This document shows positions 1 to 10,717 of a DNA stretch of 64,000 nt, piece after piece; the stretch's first letter is position 1, and every line of letters begins with the position of its first letter. This stretch comes from a virus. Under the pieces are notes generated by a model that did no database searches, was not told the DNA's origin, and saw only the letters and a list, made by a program, of their open reading frames with translations. The DNA lies in the IMG/VR virus record IMGVR_UViG_3300009509_000013, positions 10,286 through 74,285 of that record. One strand, given 5' to 3'. The position numbers and the translations under genes were made by a program.

Positions 1-2
1 TC

Positions 3-3000
3 GTAACCCGCCATCCAATCCATTGAATCGTAAAGCCCGCCCGTGTTCGTGCTTCGATCCAATTGCAAGCGCGAATGCTTTTGACCGTCCCAATAGAGCC
101 CCTTCCGCGCGATCAATTCGATCCCGCCGTTCGTATCCGAAGACGTGTCATAGGCATTGATTGATTGCCGGTCGCTTCCGCCCATCCAAATGTTCGCGTC
201 GGAATAGCTATAGCCGGTCGGAGCGCTCGGAACCGTCGTCATTGTTCCGATTGTCAAATGGGTGTAAGTCGCCCCGATGATCTTGACCGAATCGGTTTCG
301 GGCGCGACGTAATTCCCAACGGAAAGCCCGTTTCCGACTTCAACGCCGTTGACGTTGATCCGCATTCCGTGAGTTCCGGCGGCGTAAAAGTCCATCCAAT
401 TGTTGCCGCGATAATAGAGAATGTAATCGTTCGCGTCGAAGTTGAGAACGGGATTCCCGCTATTGTACGCGAGATAAACATTCGAATATGCGTTCAAAGT
501 CCCGTCGATCATGTAGGTGTTCGCGCTAACTTGGATCTGACTGCTCGAAGCGTAGCACGAAGACGACCCGCCAAATTCGCAACGATTGTTGGCTTGCGAA
601 ATCACAAGCGTCGAGTTCCAACCGGGAACCGCGTCGCCGTCGCTCGCCGGGGTCGTTCCGCTCAAAGTGTAAAAAGTGAACCCGCCGCCGTCCATAAGCA
701 TTCGAGCCGGATTCTCGCCGCCGGCGTGAACCTTCCAAGTCGAGCTTTCATAGTCACAATTCCAAGTGAAATTGACGCGACCCGATCCGTTTTGAACGGA
801 CCAAACCGCGCGACCGCTCGACCCGCCGGCAATTGAAATTCGATTCGTGCTAGGACTAGGCCCGACATTCGTCGCCGGAACAAGATCCGGGTGAACGTCG
901 ATTTGACCCCATTTCCCGATTTGAAGTTGCCGCGTCGGGCTTGTCCCGCCCGACCAAACGCCGAACGCGGTCCAATTGACTTGATCGTCGGAATTCGTTG
1001 AATCCGCAAACGGGAACACAACGCCGAAAGCCGGATTCTTCAAGCTCGGTTCAAGGAAATCGTTCGCGACGTCAACAATGATTCCGCTTCGTCCCGACGT
1101 CGTGATCAACCGCGCGTTCGGTCTGTCGAATTGCGTTGTCCCATATGACAACGTTGAAGAATGCGCGCCCGGATCTAGCGTCAAGAATGCGCCGGTGAAT
1201 TCGGTTCCGGTTGCTCCCGTCGCTCCGACAATATCCGAGTTCGCCGAAAGCGTGATATTGCTTCCGTTCAAAACGGAAATCGCGCTATTGAACGTCGCGG
1301 TTCCCGTGACGCCGAAACCGCTCCCCATTGTCAACGCGCCGCCGAAATAGCTTGGCGTCGTTCCCGCCGTGTAGACCGCCCAATTTGACGACGTTCCAAT
1401 CGTTTGCGCGTTCACATAGACACCGTAAACGTTCGTCGGCGATCCGGTGAAAGCTTCGACCCAATAGCCGATTGCGTTTGTCGCAACGCCGCCGCCCGTG
1501 TCGTAATTTTGAGCGCGGAAGCTTGCCGAAGTCGTGACGTTTCCGCCGCCGGCGACTTGAACGACGCCCGACGTTCCGACAAGCGTTTGAATCGTTCCGC
1601 TTGGATGCGTTGAAGCGGCGTATCCGCCAAGCCCCATTTTCAAGCCCGTGTCCGCCGCGCCGTATTGCCCGGAAAAATAGCCGACCAATTGGTTTTGTGC
1701 GACCGCGCCGGCCCAAGTGCCTTGAACAAGCATTCGATACGAATTCGCGTCCGGGGTCGTCGCTCCAATGCCGACCCAATTCGTCGCAATCCGCATTTGT
1801 TCGCCGCCGGCTCCGGTTCGAAAAGCAAATTCACCTTGATTCGCCGTTTCGAAACGGAATCCGCCGTTCAACGTTCCCAAATTTCCGACTTGAAAGTGAT
1901 ATTCAAGATCGGTCGGATCGGTCAAAGTTGTCGATCTTTGGTGAACCGAAACGCGCCCATAGCGCGGCGATCCGCCTTGCGTAACTGTCGGCCCGGAAAA
2001 GTGAAAGCCCCGCCAAAATGGGTTTTGTGCGTCCGTCCCGCCTAGCGGCCAAAAAACAAAATAGCCGGTGTCGGGTTTCGAAACGTTCAAATTCCCGTTT
2101 GAATCAAGTTGAATGTCAGAGCCGCCGGAAACGTCCGAACGCTCGATTCGAATCGCCGGGGTTGAAGTCGAGTCGATATGAACGCGCGCCGCCGGCGGAT
2201 TGTTCCCGTCGCCGATTGCGATCCCTTGCGAATAGTGACCTTCCGCCCAACGTCGAACGCTTGAACCAATGTCTTGCGAATTGTCGACCGCCGGCAAGAA
2301 ATCGCCGGAGAACGACAAATTGATCACATAGAGATCCGAGAACCGCTTCGTCGGCGTTCCGAGCGCCGCGCCGCCGTTCACGTCCGGTTCAATGTCGTCA
2401 TTGACGCGGGTCTTCCCCGTAATGTTCAACGAATAGCCGGCGGCGTCGAAGCCGCCGATTCCGACACGCCCCGTCGAGCCGTCGACATAGAACTTCGTAT
2501 TCGCCGCGACCTTGTGACTCCAATCGCCGCGAATCGTGTGTGAATCAACGTCGTCGTCGTCGCCGGCGGTCAAGTTGTTTGTGATCGTTTCGCTCGAATT
2601 GACTTGAACGACGTTTTCTTGCGTCGTCGTCCCTTTGACCCAAAGATTCCCGTTTTTGTCGACTTCAAAAACCGGAGCGCCCGCCGTGTCGCGAACCGTG
2701 ATCGCCTTGATTGAATCCGTCGCGAAGCTTTTCACGTCGATCTTGACGTGACCGGAAACCGGGTCGCGTTTCGTAATGTCGCCAATGTCCGAAAGCGAAA
2801 AGTCGATCACGTTTTGCGACGCCGTGTTGAACGTCGCCGGCGTTCCGCCGTTGCCCGTGACCGTTCCCAAAAAAGCGTGCTCGCCGCTTGAAGAAACCGA
2901 GCCGTTCCGCCAAATCGTCGGACCTAGAAGAATGACTTCATAGTCGCTTGCCGTCGTCGAAATCGCCGCGCCTTGACCGAGATCGCCGGTCGTCGTGATC

Positions 3001-3584
3001 TTGTTCGCTCCGCCGCTCCAAACGACCGAGCGCGTTTCAATCGCCACGCCCGGAAGCGTCCCGTCTTTTGCCGGCGACTTCCGAAAGACCATAACTTGAC
3101 GCCCGGCATTCGAAACGCCGGCTTCCGTGACCGAATTGACCGTGAACGTGATCGTCCCGTTTCCATTGTCGACAACCGCGTCGGGCTCCGCCCTTTCTCC
3201 GATTGTTTCAAGCTCGCGTTCGTATTCCGGGAAGCCGGTTCGCGGATTGATTTGAACCCCGTCCGGCTTCGTCGTGTAGTGAAGCCCGACTTCGTAAGTG
3301 ATCCCGACTGCGTTCTCGAATTGAAGCCCGGAGTTCGGAGCAAGCGAAGGGTCCATGAAATGCCCGTCGCCGTCCGTGACCGCTTGAAGCCCCGTCAAAC
3401 GGATCTTGTTCGCGCCGTCGCCGGCGAGCCCTATCGCCGAATCGTAAACGCCGCCGACTCGAAAAGCCCGCTCCATTCCTTCGCGAATCGTTTCGCGCAT
3501 GAAGCCGAACCAACGGTCGCGAAAGTCTTCCGTTCCGAGCAATCGCTTCGGGGATAGATTCACAAATTCCGCATTCGTTGTCAT
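3..3584 (-). CDS. tail fibre / receptor-binding protein 2 (runs off the left edge; absent from ORF track)
   Basis: ATG at 3584 after AAGGGAG. Manual translation MTTNAEFVNLSPKRLLGTEDFRDRWFGF...PDGVQINPRTG...TTTQENVVQVNSSETITNNLTAGD parallels the N-terminus of 3957-7946. Frame spot-checked open at about 2050 and at 3-100; G/T/S-rich beta-type sequence. Confidence 0.85.
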   Translation of the reverse strand, partial: MTTNAEFVNLSPKRLLGTEDFRDRWFGFMRETIREGMERAFRVGGVYDSAIGLAGDGANKIRLTGLQAVTDGDGHFMDPSLAPNSGLQFENAVGITYEVGLHYTTKPDGVQINPRTGFPEYERELETIGERAEPDAVVDNGNGTITFTVNSVTEAGVSNAGRQVMVFRKSPAKDGTLPGVAIETRSVVWSGGANKITTTGDLGQGAAISTTASDYEVILLGPTIWRNGSVSSSGEHAFLGTVTGNGGTPATFNTASQNVIDFSLSDIGDITKRDPVSGHVKIDVKSFATDSIKAITVRDTAGAPVFEVDKNGNLWVKGTTTQENVVQVNSSETITNNLTAGDDDDVDSHTIRGDWSHKVAANTKFYVDGSTGRVGIGGFDAAGYSLNITGKTRVNDDIEPDVNGGAALGTPTKRFSDLYVINLSFSGDFLPAVDNSQDIGSSVRRWAEGHYSQGIAIGDGNNPPAARVHIDSTSTPAIRIERSDVSGGSDIQLDSNGNLNVSKPDTGYFVFWPLGGTDAQNPFWRGFHFSGPTVTQGGSPRYGRVSVHQRSTTLTDPTDLEYHFQVGNLGTLNGGFRFETANQGEFAFRTGAGGEQMRIATNWVGIGATTPDANSYRMLVQGTWAGAVAQNQLVGYFSGQYGAADTGLKMGLGGYAASTHPSGTIQTLVGTSGVVQVAGGGNVTTSASFRAQNYDTGGGVATNAIGYWVEAFTGSPTNVYGVYVNAQTIGTSSNWAVYTAGTTPSYFGGALTMGSGFGVTGTATFNSAISVLNGSNITLSANSDIVGATGATGTEFTGAFLTLDPGAHSSTLSYGTTQFDRPNARLITTSGRSGIIVDVANDFLEPSLKNPAFGVVFPFADSTNSDDQVNWTAFGVWSGGTSPTRQLQIGKWGQIDVHPDLVPATNVGPSPSTNRISIAGGSSGRAVWSVQNGSGRVNFTWNCDYESSTWKVHAGGENPARMLMDGGGFTFYTLSGTTPASDGDAVPGWNSTLVISQANNRCEFGGSSSCYASSSQIQVSANTYMIDGTLNAYSNVYLAYNSGNPVLNFDANDYILYYRGNNWMDFYAAGTHGMRINVNGVEVGNGLSVGNYVAPETDSVKIIGATYTHLTIGTMTTVPSAPTGYSYSDANIWMGGSDRQSINAYDTSSDTNGGIELIARKGLYWDGQKHSRLQLDRSTNTGGLYDSMDWMAGY

Positions 3585-3628
3585 TGCCTTTTGCTCCCTT
3601 GCGACTCGCGCGCCGTCACTTCAACCGC

Positions 3629-3943
3629 CTATTCAATCGTTCCCGCCGCGTGTCCGTTGTCGATCAACCATTGGTAAAGAACGCGCTTCACGCCGGCATA
3701 AACGAGTTCGTCGGTCAAAGAAATTTCCGCGACAACCGCGTCATAATCGGAATCCGTCAAGACGAATCCTTTCGGTTTTCCGCCTTGACCTTGAACCCAA
3801 TCGTCGCCCGACACGTCGCCGAATTGAACCATGAATTCGATCAAGCCTTCGCGCCAAGTGAATTCGATTATCTTCGCGCGCGGATAGGTTTGACCCGGAT
3901 CGTTGTCGCCGGGATCAAAAGGCGTCGTCAAAAGAATCGGCAT
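3629..3943 (-). CDS. small fibre-associated protein (chaperone/adaptor candidate)
   Basis: ATG 3943 (MPILLTTPFDPG) after AAAGGGA; lies between the two fibre genes. Confidence 0.6.
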   Translation of the reverse strand: MPILLTTPFDPGDNDPGQTYPRAKIIEFTWREGLIEFMVQFGDVSGDDWVQGQGGKPKGFVLTDSDYDAVVAEISLTDELVYAGVKRVLYQWLIDNGHAAGTIE

Positions 3944-3956
3944 TGCAAGTCCCTTT

Positions 3957-6900
3957 CTATGCCGCCGCCGCTTCAAGCGCCGCGATTCGCTCCGCTTGTG
4001 CGTCGACAATGGTCTTCAATTTCTTGATTGCTTCAACAAGATAGCATTCGAGCCCGGCGAGATTCGTGTGTTTCACGCCCGGTTCTCCCGGTTGCCGACC
4101 TTCGAAATCTTGATCGGTGTTTTGAACCCAATCGGGCTTGATCGCTTCAACCTCTTGAGCAATGAAGCCCGTCACAACGTCGCCGCCGTTGCTTCCGTGT
4201 TTTTCGGGATTCTTCCATTTGAACGTGCGCCCCTTCAAACGACAAATCACGTCAAGCGGATCGGCGGTTTCTGTCAAATCTCGAATATCGATCTTGATTC
4301 GAGCGTCCGACGTGTTGACCCAATAGATCCCCGTCGTCTTCCCGGCGTTTCCGTTGCAATAGAACGCGCCGCCGGCAACGCAACCGTCCGCTTGCGTATA
4401 GAGCGAATCAGTGTAATTCGTATGATCCGCGAAAAAGTTCCATTGACCGCCCGTTGAATCGTATCCGGTCGAATCGTTGAATCGAAAATAATCCTGATTC
4501 GTTCCCGTCGTCGTGCTTGGCGTCCCAAAGAACAACCCGCCGGCGACGCAAAGCCCGGTCGCAATATAAGTTCCGTGCGCGTATGTCGAAGCCGTGTAAG
4601 ACGTCGTTCCTATCGCGACTTTCGTCGCCGCGCCGTCAATCGTCATCATTGCAAACGTTCCCGCCCCAAGGTGAAGCCTTTGGGTCGAGTGATCATAGTC
4701 AATGTAACCGTCTTGACTGTTTTCCGGGTCGGCAAATGACAATCGCCCATAAGATGCGTTGTCGGTTGCGATTGTGATCCCGGTGTTCCCGCTCGAATTC
4801 GTCACAACAAGATCGTCCCAATTCGTGTGTGGCGTTCCGCTATACATTGACCCGTTGCCAGAAACGAAAGTCGAGTTCCCTTGCCAATAGACGCGCCATG
4901 AAGTCGGCGTTCCGAGCGCGCCGCCCAAGTTGCCGTGAAGAACCGGCCCGTCCGGTGTCAAGCCGGCATAAGTCGCGCCGCTCCCGGCCCAACGCAAAAC
5001 GTGATTCGTGTCGGTTCCCCAACCGCGAAGTTGAATGTGATGATCGTTGATTGCTATGATTTGCGAATCCGTGATTCGCATTACTTCGTCGGCGGCGGCG
5101 GCGGATTGTGTTCCCGCCCAAAAGTGAATCGTTCCATTCGCCGCAAGGTGAAGATCTTCGGTTCCGCCCGCGATCAAAGACGGATAAAGCGTTTCTTCGC
5201 CGGCATGAATGACAAGCTCCGCGCCCGGAGCGATCCAAAGATTGTGACCCGACGTGTAAGTTCCATAACGCCCAATGACGCTATTGGTCGCGCTCCCGTC
5301 GAAAAATTGGATTGACCCTTGCGTTCGAATGTTTCCGGCGACGTCGAGCAACCCGCCGAAATAGTCATGCGGCCCGCCCGAATAGATCCCGTAATTGATC
5401 GCCGCGCCGCTTTGTTGTTGAACCAAAAGCCCGTATTTCGTCGTCGTGTTCGACGAAGTTCCGTTCAAGATTTCAACGCCAACCGCCGAAGTGAAACTTC
5501 CCAAACTTCCGGGATCGGTCAAGACGCGAAGCGCTCGACACGCGCCGCCGGCGACGTTGCCGGAGCTTCCCGCGCGAATGTATGCGCCTTCAATCGTCGA
5601 TTGTGAACCGCCGTCGTTTCGATAGTTGCGCCCGTGAATGTATGCCGCGCGCATCAAATAGGTGTTGTTCCCGTAAGCAAAGGCTTCAACTTGCGCGTGG
5701 TTTTGTTCGGCGGTTGTCAATGCCGAATAGTTTTCAGTCAAATAGAGTCGCCCGCCAAAAGCGCGGATCGCGTAATTGTTGACCGGGGAAGACGCGCCCG
5801 AAACGCCGGCGATTCGAATCGCGCATTTGTCGCCGGAAATTGTTCCGGCGGAAGCGCCGTCTTGAATGTAGATTGTCGAAAGGTTGCCCGTGACCGTGTG
5901 ACCCGCTTGAACGTCCGCTTGAAGATTCAACGTTTCGACGTTTCCGGTTGAAGCGCCGCTTCCGCCGGCGTTTGCGCGGATATAGGCGGCGCGAAGTCCC
6001 GACCATGTTCCGCTTGTCGCGGTCAAATCGGTGTTCACAACCAAGCCATAGGGCGAATTGGTTCCCGTGTTGTTCGTGAAATCGAAATCGAAGAAGACGC
6101 CGCGAGCGCTCGAATAGGTCAAAGCGCCATAGCTTTTCGAAACCTTCAAGATTTCGTCGAGCGAACCGAGCGTCGACGAAGTTCCGACTTGAAGCGCGTC
6201 GAACCAACCTTCGGCCCAATGCGTCGCCGCCGCGCCTATGTCATACGTCGAAGCGCTTGAAGGAACGACGTCGAAGCCGAAGCCATTGTTGATCACAATG
6301 TCGTTCGTGTTGACGGTCCCGAAGTAACCGTTCGGCCAACGGTCGCCGCTTGTTCCAATGTCATAACTTCCATTCGGTCGAAGCGTCGCCGCGACGTGAA
6401 TCCAATCGGTTGAATCCTTGTCGCAATGAAGCCAAGTTTTGCTTGTGCTGAAATCCCCGCCCGCCGCCGTGTTTTCTTGAAGATAGAATTCGCCGGCGTT
6501 CAAGATTTGACGCCAAAGCCCGCCCGCCGTGTAACCAATATCGGTTTCACGGAAATTCAAAGTCGGAGTTCCGCGTTCAAGTTGCAAATAGCCGTGAATA
6601 TCCAATGAACCGGCAATATCCGACCAACCCGTTCCGTTCACGTCGAGTTCGCCGCCGACTTGAAAATCGCCGCCGACCGAAGACGTTCCCGTTCCGTTCG
6701 CAGAAATGACGCCCGCGAGAACTTGAAGATTCCCGGTTGTGATTCGAGCGCCGCCCGTGACGCCTAGTTGATAGGTCGCGTCGGGAGCTTGCCCCATTCC
6801 GACGCGCCCGGAAGCGCCGTCAACATAGAAATAGTTCGCGCTCCCGCCCGTGTCCGTATGCCGCCAAGTTCCTTTGATCAAATGCGAGTCGCCCGAATTG

Positions 6901-7946
6901 TCGCCCGCCGTCAAATTGTCCGTGATCGTTTCCGACGAATTCACTTGAACGACGTTGTTTTGCGTCGTCGTTCCCGCGACTTGAAGATTTCCCGAAATCA
7001 CAACGTCGCCGTCTTCGTCGACCTTGAACTTCGTCACGCCTAGCGAATCTTGAACTTCAAGTTGCGGTTCGTCGACGTCGTAAGGGTCCGCCTTGACTCG
7101 AATCTTCGTGAATCCGTGCGTGTCCGTTCGAAGAATTTCCGAAATGTCGGAGATCGTCGCCGTGATCGGACGTTGAAGCCCCGTGTCGAATGTCGTCGGC
7201 GGATTCCCGCCGCCGGCTCCCGTCACCTTACCTATGAAACAATATCCATTGACGTTGAAAAGAGTCGTATTCCGCCGAACGGTCGGCCCAAGCAAAACGA
7301 TCTGATAGTGCGCCGGATTTGTCGACGGCGAAGATTGCCCGAATTGCGCCGTCGTCAAAACATAGTTGTTCGTCCCATTCCATTGAACGGTGAGTTCTTC
7401 GATTGCGATTGATTCAAGCGTTGCGGCTTTTCCCGGCGTGATCTTCCAAACGAGACACTTCCGACCCGCGTGTGAAACTCCGGCTTCACAAACCGAATTG
7501 ATATTGACGTTCAAGCCGCTTCCGGCAACCGCGACGCTTGTCGGATCGGCGCGTTCTCCGATTGTCTCGACAAATGAAACGAATTCCGGTTCGCCGGAAC
7601 GCGGGTTGATTTGAACTCCGTCCGGGATCTCCGTGTAGTGAAGCGCGACGTCGTATTGAACCGTATTCGCGTTTTGAAATTGAATCCCCGTCGAATAGCC
7701 GCTCGCCGCCGGGTCGAGAATGTGACCGTCGCCGTCGACCGCTTCGGAAGTTCCGTCGATCTTGAACTTGTCCGCGCCGTCCGCCGACAAACCAAGCGGA
7801 GAATCAAAAACGCCGTCTTTGCGATACGTCGCCGCCGCGACGTCTTCGTTCAATGTCTTCAAATATCCGAGAAAGCGGTCGGCGAAATCTTCCCTTCCGA
7901 GTAACCGCTTCGGATTGAAACTAACGAATTGTGCGCCCGTTGCCAT
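3957..7946 (-). CDS. tail fibre 1 with C-terminal peptidase S74 intramolecular chaperone
   Basis: 1329 aa, Gly/Thr/Ser-rich. C-terminus SDARIKIDI...RLKGRTFKWK...GFIAQEVE..PDWV...LVEAIKKL matches the S74 motif set. Confidence 0.9.
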   Translation of the reverse strand: MATGAQFVSFNPKRLLGREDFADRFLGYLKTLNEDVAAATYRKDGVFDSPLGLSADGADKFKIDGTSEAVDGDGHILDPAASGYSTGIQFQNANTVQYDVALHYTEIPDGVQINPRSGEPEFVSFVETIGERADPTSVAVAGSGLNVNINSVCEAGVSHAGRKCLVWKITPGKAATLESIAIEELTVQWNGTNNYVLTTAQFGQSSPSTNPAHYQIVLLGPTVRRNTTLFNVNGYCFIGKVTGAGGGNPPTTFDTGLQRPITATISDISEILRTDTHGFTKIRVKADPYDVDEPQLEVQDSLGVTKFKVDEDGDVVISGNLQVAGTTTQNNVVQVNSSETITDNLTAGDNSGDSHLIKGTWRHTDTGGSANYFYVDGASGRVGMGQAPDATYQLGVTGGARITTGNLQVLAGVISANGTGTSSVGGDFQVGGELDVNGTGWSDIAGSLDIHGYLQLERGTPTLNFRETDIGYTAGGLWRQILNAGEFYLQENTAAGGDFSTSKTWLHCDKDSTDWIHVAATLRPNGSYDIGTSGDRWPNGYFGTVNTNDIVINNGFGFDVVPSSASTYDIGAAATHWAEGWFDALQVGTSSTLGSLDEILKVSKSYGALTYSSARGVFFDFDFTNNTGTNSPYGLVVNTDLTATSGTWSGLRAAYIRANAGGSGASTGNVETLNLQADVQAGHTVTGNLSTIYIQDGASAGTISGDKCAIRIAGVSGASSPVNNYAIRAFGGRLYLTENYSALTTAEQNHAQVEAFAYGNNTYLMRAAYIHGRNYRNDGGSQSTIEGAYIRAGSSGNVAGGACRALRVLTDPGSLGSFTSAVGVEILNGTSSNTTTKYGLLVQQQSGAAINYGIYSGGPHDYFGGLLDVAGNIRTQGSIQFFDGSATNSVIGRYGTYTSGHNLWIAPGAELVIHAGEETLYPSLIAGGTEDLHLAANGTIHFWAGTQSAAAADEVMRITDSQIIAINDHHIQLRGWGTDTNHVLRWAGSGATYAGLTPDGPVLHGNLGGALGTPTSWRVYWQGNSTFVSGNGSMYSGTPHTNWDDLVVTNSSGNTGITIATDNASYGRLSFADPENSQDGYIDYDHSTQRLHLGAGTFAMMTIDGAATKVAIGTTSYTASTYAHGTYIATGLCVAGGLFFGTPSTTTGTNQDYFRFNDSTGYDSTGGQWNFFADHTNYTDSLYTQADGCVAGGAFYCNGNAGKTTGIYWVNTSDARIKIDIRDLTETADPLDVICRLKGRTFKWKNPEKHGSNGGDVVTGFIAQEVEAIKPDWVQNTDQDFEGRQPGEPGVKHTNLAGLECYLVEAIKKLKTIVDAQAERIAALEAAAA

Positions 7947-7950
7947 TGCT

Positions 7951-9231
7951 TCAACTCCCGAAGTTTATGTCGACCGTTTCCGTTTCGAGCGGATTCAACC
8001 AAAATTCGATCTCGCTCGCTTCAAGCTTCGCGCCGGCGACGTGAAAGAAGCCGACCTTCCCCTTCGTGAGCGACGAATCGGTCGCGTTGATCTTCATGTC
8101 GCCGTCGAGAAAGACGCGAAGCCGGTTCGTTGCTCCGTCCGGGATCGCTTCAACCCGAATCATATAGAACACGTCTTCGAAGATTTGCTCGACCGCCGGG
8201 AACGTGTAAGTCGCAATCGTCGACACGACGCCCGCGATTTTCTTCCCAAGTCGAAGCGAACCAAACGACCCCAAGTTCGGCGCGATTCCCGCCCAATAGA
8301 AATTGTCGTCGTCGACTTCATAGAACTTGATCCCGGCGAAGCCGGCTCCAAGTTGCTTGACGCGAGCGCCGACAACGCAATCGGCCCAATCGTCCGCGCC
8401 GTCGATCCTCGTGACTGTGACCCGTTGCGCTTGCGTATCGTCGAGCAATTTCAAATTGCCGTCTTCGACAAGAATGTCGAGATCCGCGCCGCCCGCCGTC
8501 ATTGTCCATTGAAAATTGTCGCCCGCGACGTTGAACAAATCGAGAAACGTCAAATAGGAAACTTCGATTCGTTCGGAGATCGGTCGCATCAAATTGACGA
8601 TATTCTTCACAAGGTCGCGGTTTAGCGGGTTGTTCAAGTTGTCGACGATTCGAAGATTCATTCGGCGTTCGTCATACGACGGAGCGCCGGGAAGGTCGAT
8701 CAACCAAGGGTCGCGACCCTCTTGTTCGTGACCGAGCGCCGTTTCGTCCATGACGAAGCGAAAGTCGAACCAATTCCAAAGGCGAAGCCGGCTCCCCGTG
8801 ATCAATCGCATGACGTTGATCAACGTGTCTTCCGGCCCGCGCTTCTTCCAAAGCGGAACCGACGCCGCGATCAAACGCCGAAGCGTTCGCGCGTCAAGCG
8901 CGCTCGTTATGTAATCGAGTTCTTTTGTCCAACCGACAATATCCTTCAAGTATAGAAGAAGCCGGTCTTCGATCTCCGTGACCGACCAAAGCGTTTTCAG
9001 ATTGAAGATCGAAGTGTGTGTTTGCTCCCATGCCGCTTGCGGTCCCGTGAACAACCGCTTGACGAAAAGTTCGCCTTCAAGTCGATCCGCGATTCGAATC
9101 GGCTCGATCAAAAATTCATACATATCGAGCGGAAGAATTTCTTCCGGCTCCGGCGGTTCAATGTAACCGAGCGTTTGCCCCGTGACTCCGCCGCCGGGGA
9201 TCGGGTTTCCTGCTAGATCTTGGATCGCCAT
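7951..9231 (-). CDS. baseplate protein, P2 gpI/tail protein I-like, with C-terminal beta-sandwich
   Basis: LLYLKDIVGW...RRLIAASVPLWKKRGPEDTL resembles gpI-like domains; downstream of baseplate J; C-terminus resembles a ConA/lectin fold. Confidence 0.7.
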   Translation of the reverse strand: MAIQDLAGNPIPGGGVTGQTLGYIEPPEPEEILPLDMYEFLIEPIRIADRLEGELFVKRLFTGPQAAWEQTHTSIFNLKTLWSVTEIEDRLLLYLKDIVGWTKELDYITSALDARTLRRLIAASVPLWKKRGPEDTLINVMRLITGSRLRLWNWFDFRFVMDETALGHEQEGRDPWLIDLPGAPSYDERRMNLRIVDNLNNPLNRDLVKNIVNLMRPISERIEVSYLTFLDLFNVAGDNFQWTMTAGGADLDILVEDGNLKLLDDTQAQRVTVTRIDGADDWADCVVGARVKQLGAGFAGIKFYEVDDDNFYWAGIAPNLGSFGSLRLGKKIAGVVSTIATYTFPAVEQIFEDVFYMIRVEAIPDGATNRLRVFLDGDMKINATDSSLTKGKVGFFHVAGAKLEASEIEFWLNPLETETVDINFGS

Positions 9232-9246
9232 TGCTTCCCCGCTTCC

Positions 9247-10707
9247 CTACGGAACAACCGTCAACGTGTAGAGTGTTCCGGGAACTTGGTCGCCCGTCAC
9301 AAGCTCGACCTTTTCGCCGGCGACGTTCAAAACGCTAACCGTCGCGAGCCCATTGTCGAAGGAATACTTCGCCGGGTTGCGAATGTCCGCGTTGTCCGTC
9401 ATTGGTTCATTGAAATAGACGTCGATTCGATTCTCGCCGACCGCTTCAAGCCGATCAATGTCGGGAGCTTCCCCGATTCCCGTGAAAGCGTCGGAGTCAA
9501 ACCCCGGATCGACGACGTTCCCCACAACGTCAACCATGTTTGAAACGGTGCCTTCGTATGAAGCGCCGTCCGTCATTTCCGACGTTTCGACTTCGACCCA
9601 TTCCGGCGTTGCCACGTTTTGAGCCGTGACCGCCGAAAAGAACAAGTTCGCCGCGCCCGGCGTCAATACCGCGACCGAATAGTTCGCCGGATTCAAAAGC
9701 GCGTCGTCTTTCCGCATTGGTTCGTCAAAATTGAACCGGAGCTTCGTCGAGCTTACGACGTCGATCCCGGAAAGCCGGGGAGCGCGACCGAGCCCGCCGA
9801 AAAGATCCGTGTTCGTCGGCGGAGCCATAGCGTTTCCGGCGAGGTCTTCGACGTCCGAAACCGCCATTTCATAGTTATCGACCCCCGTTGTCATTTCCGA
9901 CAAAACGTGAAGGTCGACATAGGTCGGATTCAAGACCGCTTCCGGCGTGATCGTGTCGAACGTGATCGGCCAAGCGAGCGCGCCCGGCGTGATCACATAG
10001 TTCGCCGGATCGACAAGCGCCGCGTTGTCGACGACCGGCTCGGAAAACGAAACGCGAATCGTGTCGAGCGCCGTCGCGACAACCGTGATCGTCGGAGCAA
10101 CGCCAACGCCTGAAAAGCTCGCCGTGTCGTTTGCCGTGTCAATCGGATTTCCTACGGCGTCGACGACGTTCGACACTTCAACCGAATACGACGCGCCGTT
10201 CGTCATTTCGTTGACTGTCACGTCGACATAGGTCGGATCGGCGACCGCTTCCGGCGCGACCGCCGTCGCCGTGATCGGAACGCCCGTCGTTTCCGTGAAG
10301 ACGTAATTCCCCGGCAAGTTCAACGCCGCGTCGTCGCTCATTGGTTCGTTGAAGACGACGCGAACGGTTGTCGAATCTTGCGCTTCCGCGCTTGCGACTT
10401 GCGGTTCAACTCCGATTCCGGTGAAGCCCGCCGACAAAAAGCCGACGTCCATTGTTTCGGCGAGAACGTTTTCGAGCCCCGCGTCGACCGTGACCGTCAA
10501 CGCCGCGCCGTCGAGCATTTCCGGCGTGACCGTCAAGCGCGCCTTGTTCGTCCCGAAGCCAATCGAAACGGTCGAAACGCCGTGTCCGCCGATTGTGTAG
10601 CTCGCCGGATCTTGGAAAAGCGCGTTTTGATTCATAGCTTGATCGAAGACGACTTCGACCGTGTATTCGTCAATCGCGCTCGCGCTTGAAACTTTCGGAT
10701 TCGCCAT
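9247..10707 (-). CDS. virion protein of five tandem Ig-like domains
   Basis: Five ~100-aa repeats with core [VI]xVxF[NDS]EPMxDxAAL..PxNY. Confidence 0.75.
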   Translation of the reverse strand: MANPKVSSASAIDEYTVEVVFDQAMNQNALFQDPASYTIGGHGVSTVSIGFGTNKARLTVTPEMLDGAALTVTVDAGLENVLAETMDVGFLSAGFTGIGVEPQVASAEAQDSTTVRVVFNEPMSDDAALNLPGNYVFTETTGVPITATAVAPEAVADPTYVDVTVNEMTNGASYSVEVSNVVDAVGNPIDTANDTASFSGVGVAPTITVVATALDTIRVSFSEPVVDNAALVDPANYVITPGALAWPITFDTITPEAVLNPTYVDLHVLSEMTTGVDNYEMAVSDVEDLAGNAMAPPTNTDLFGGLGRAPRLSGIDVVSSTKLRFNFDEPMRKDDALLNPANYSVAVLTPGAANLFFSAVTAQNVATPEWVEVETSEMTDGASYEGTVSNMVDVVGNVVDPGFDSDAFTGIGEAPDIDRLEAVGENRIDVYFNEPMTDNADIRNPAKYSFDNGLATVSVLNVAGEKVELVTGDQVPGTLYTLTVVP

Positions 10708-10717
10708 GATCTAGCCC

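Noticed and set aside
3-7946. Diversity-generating retroelement or invertible fibre cassette
   Set aside because: Similarity is protein-level and N-terminal; no TR/VR pair, reverse transcriptase or recombinase seen.
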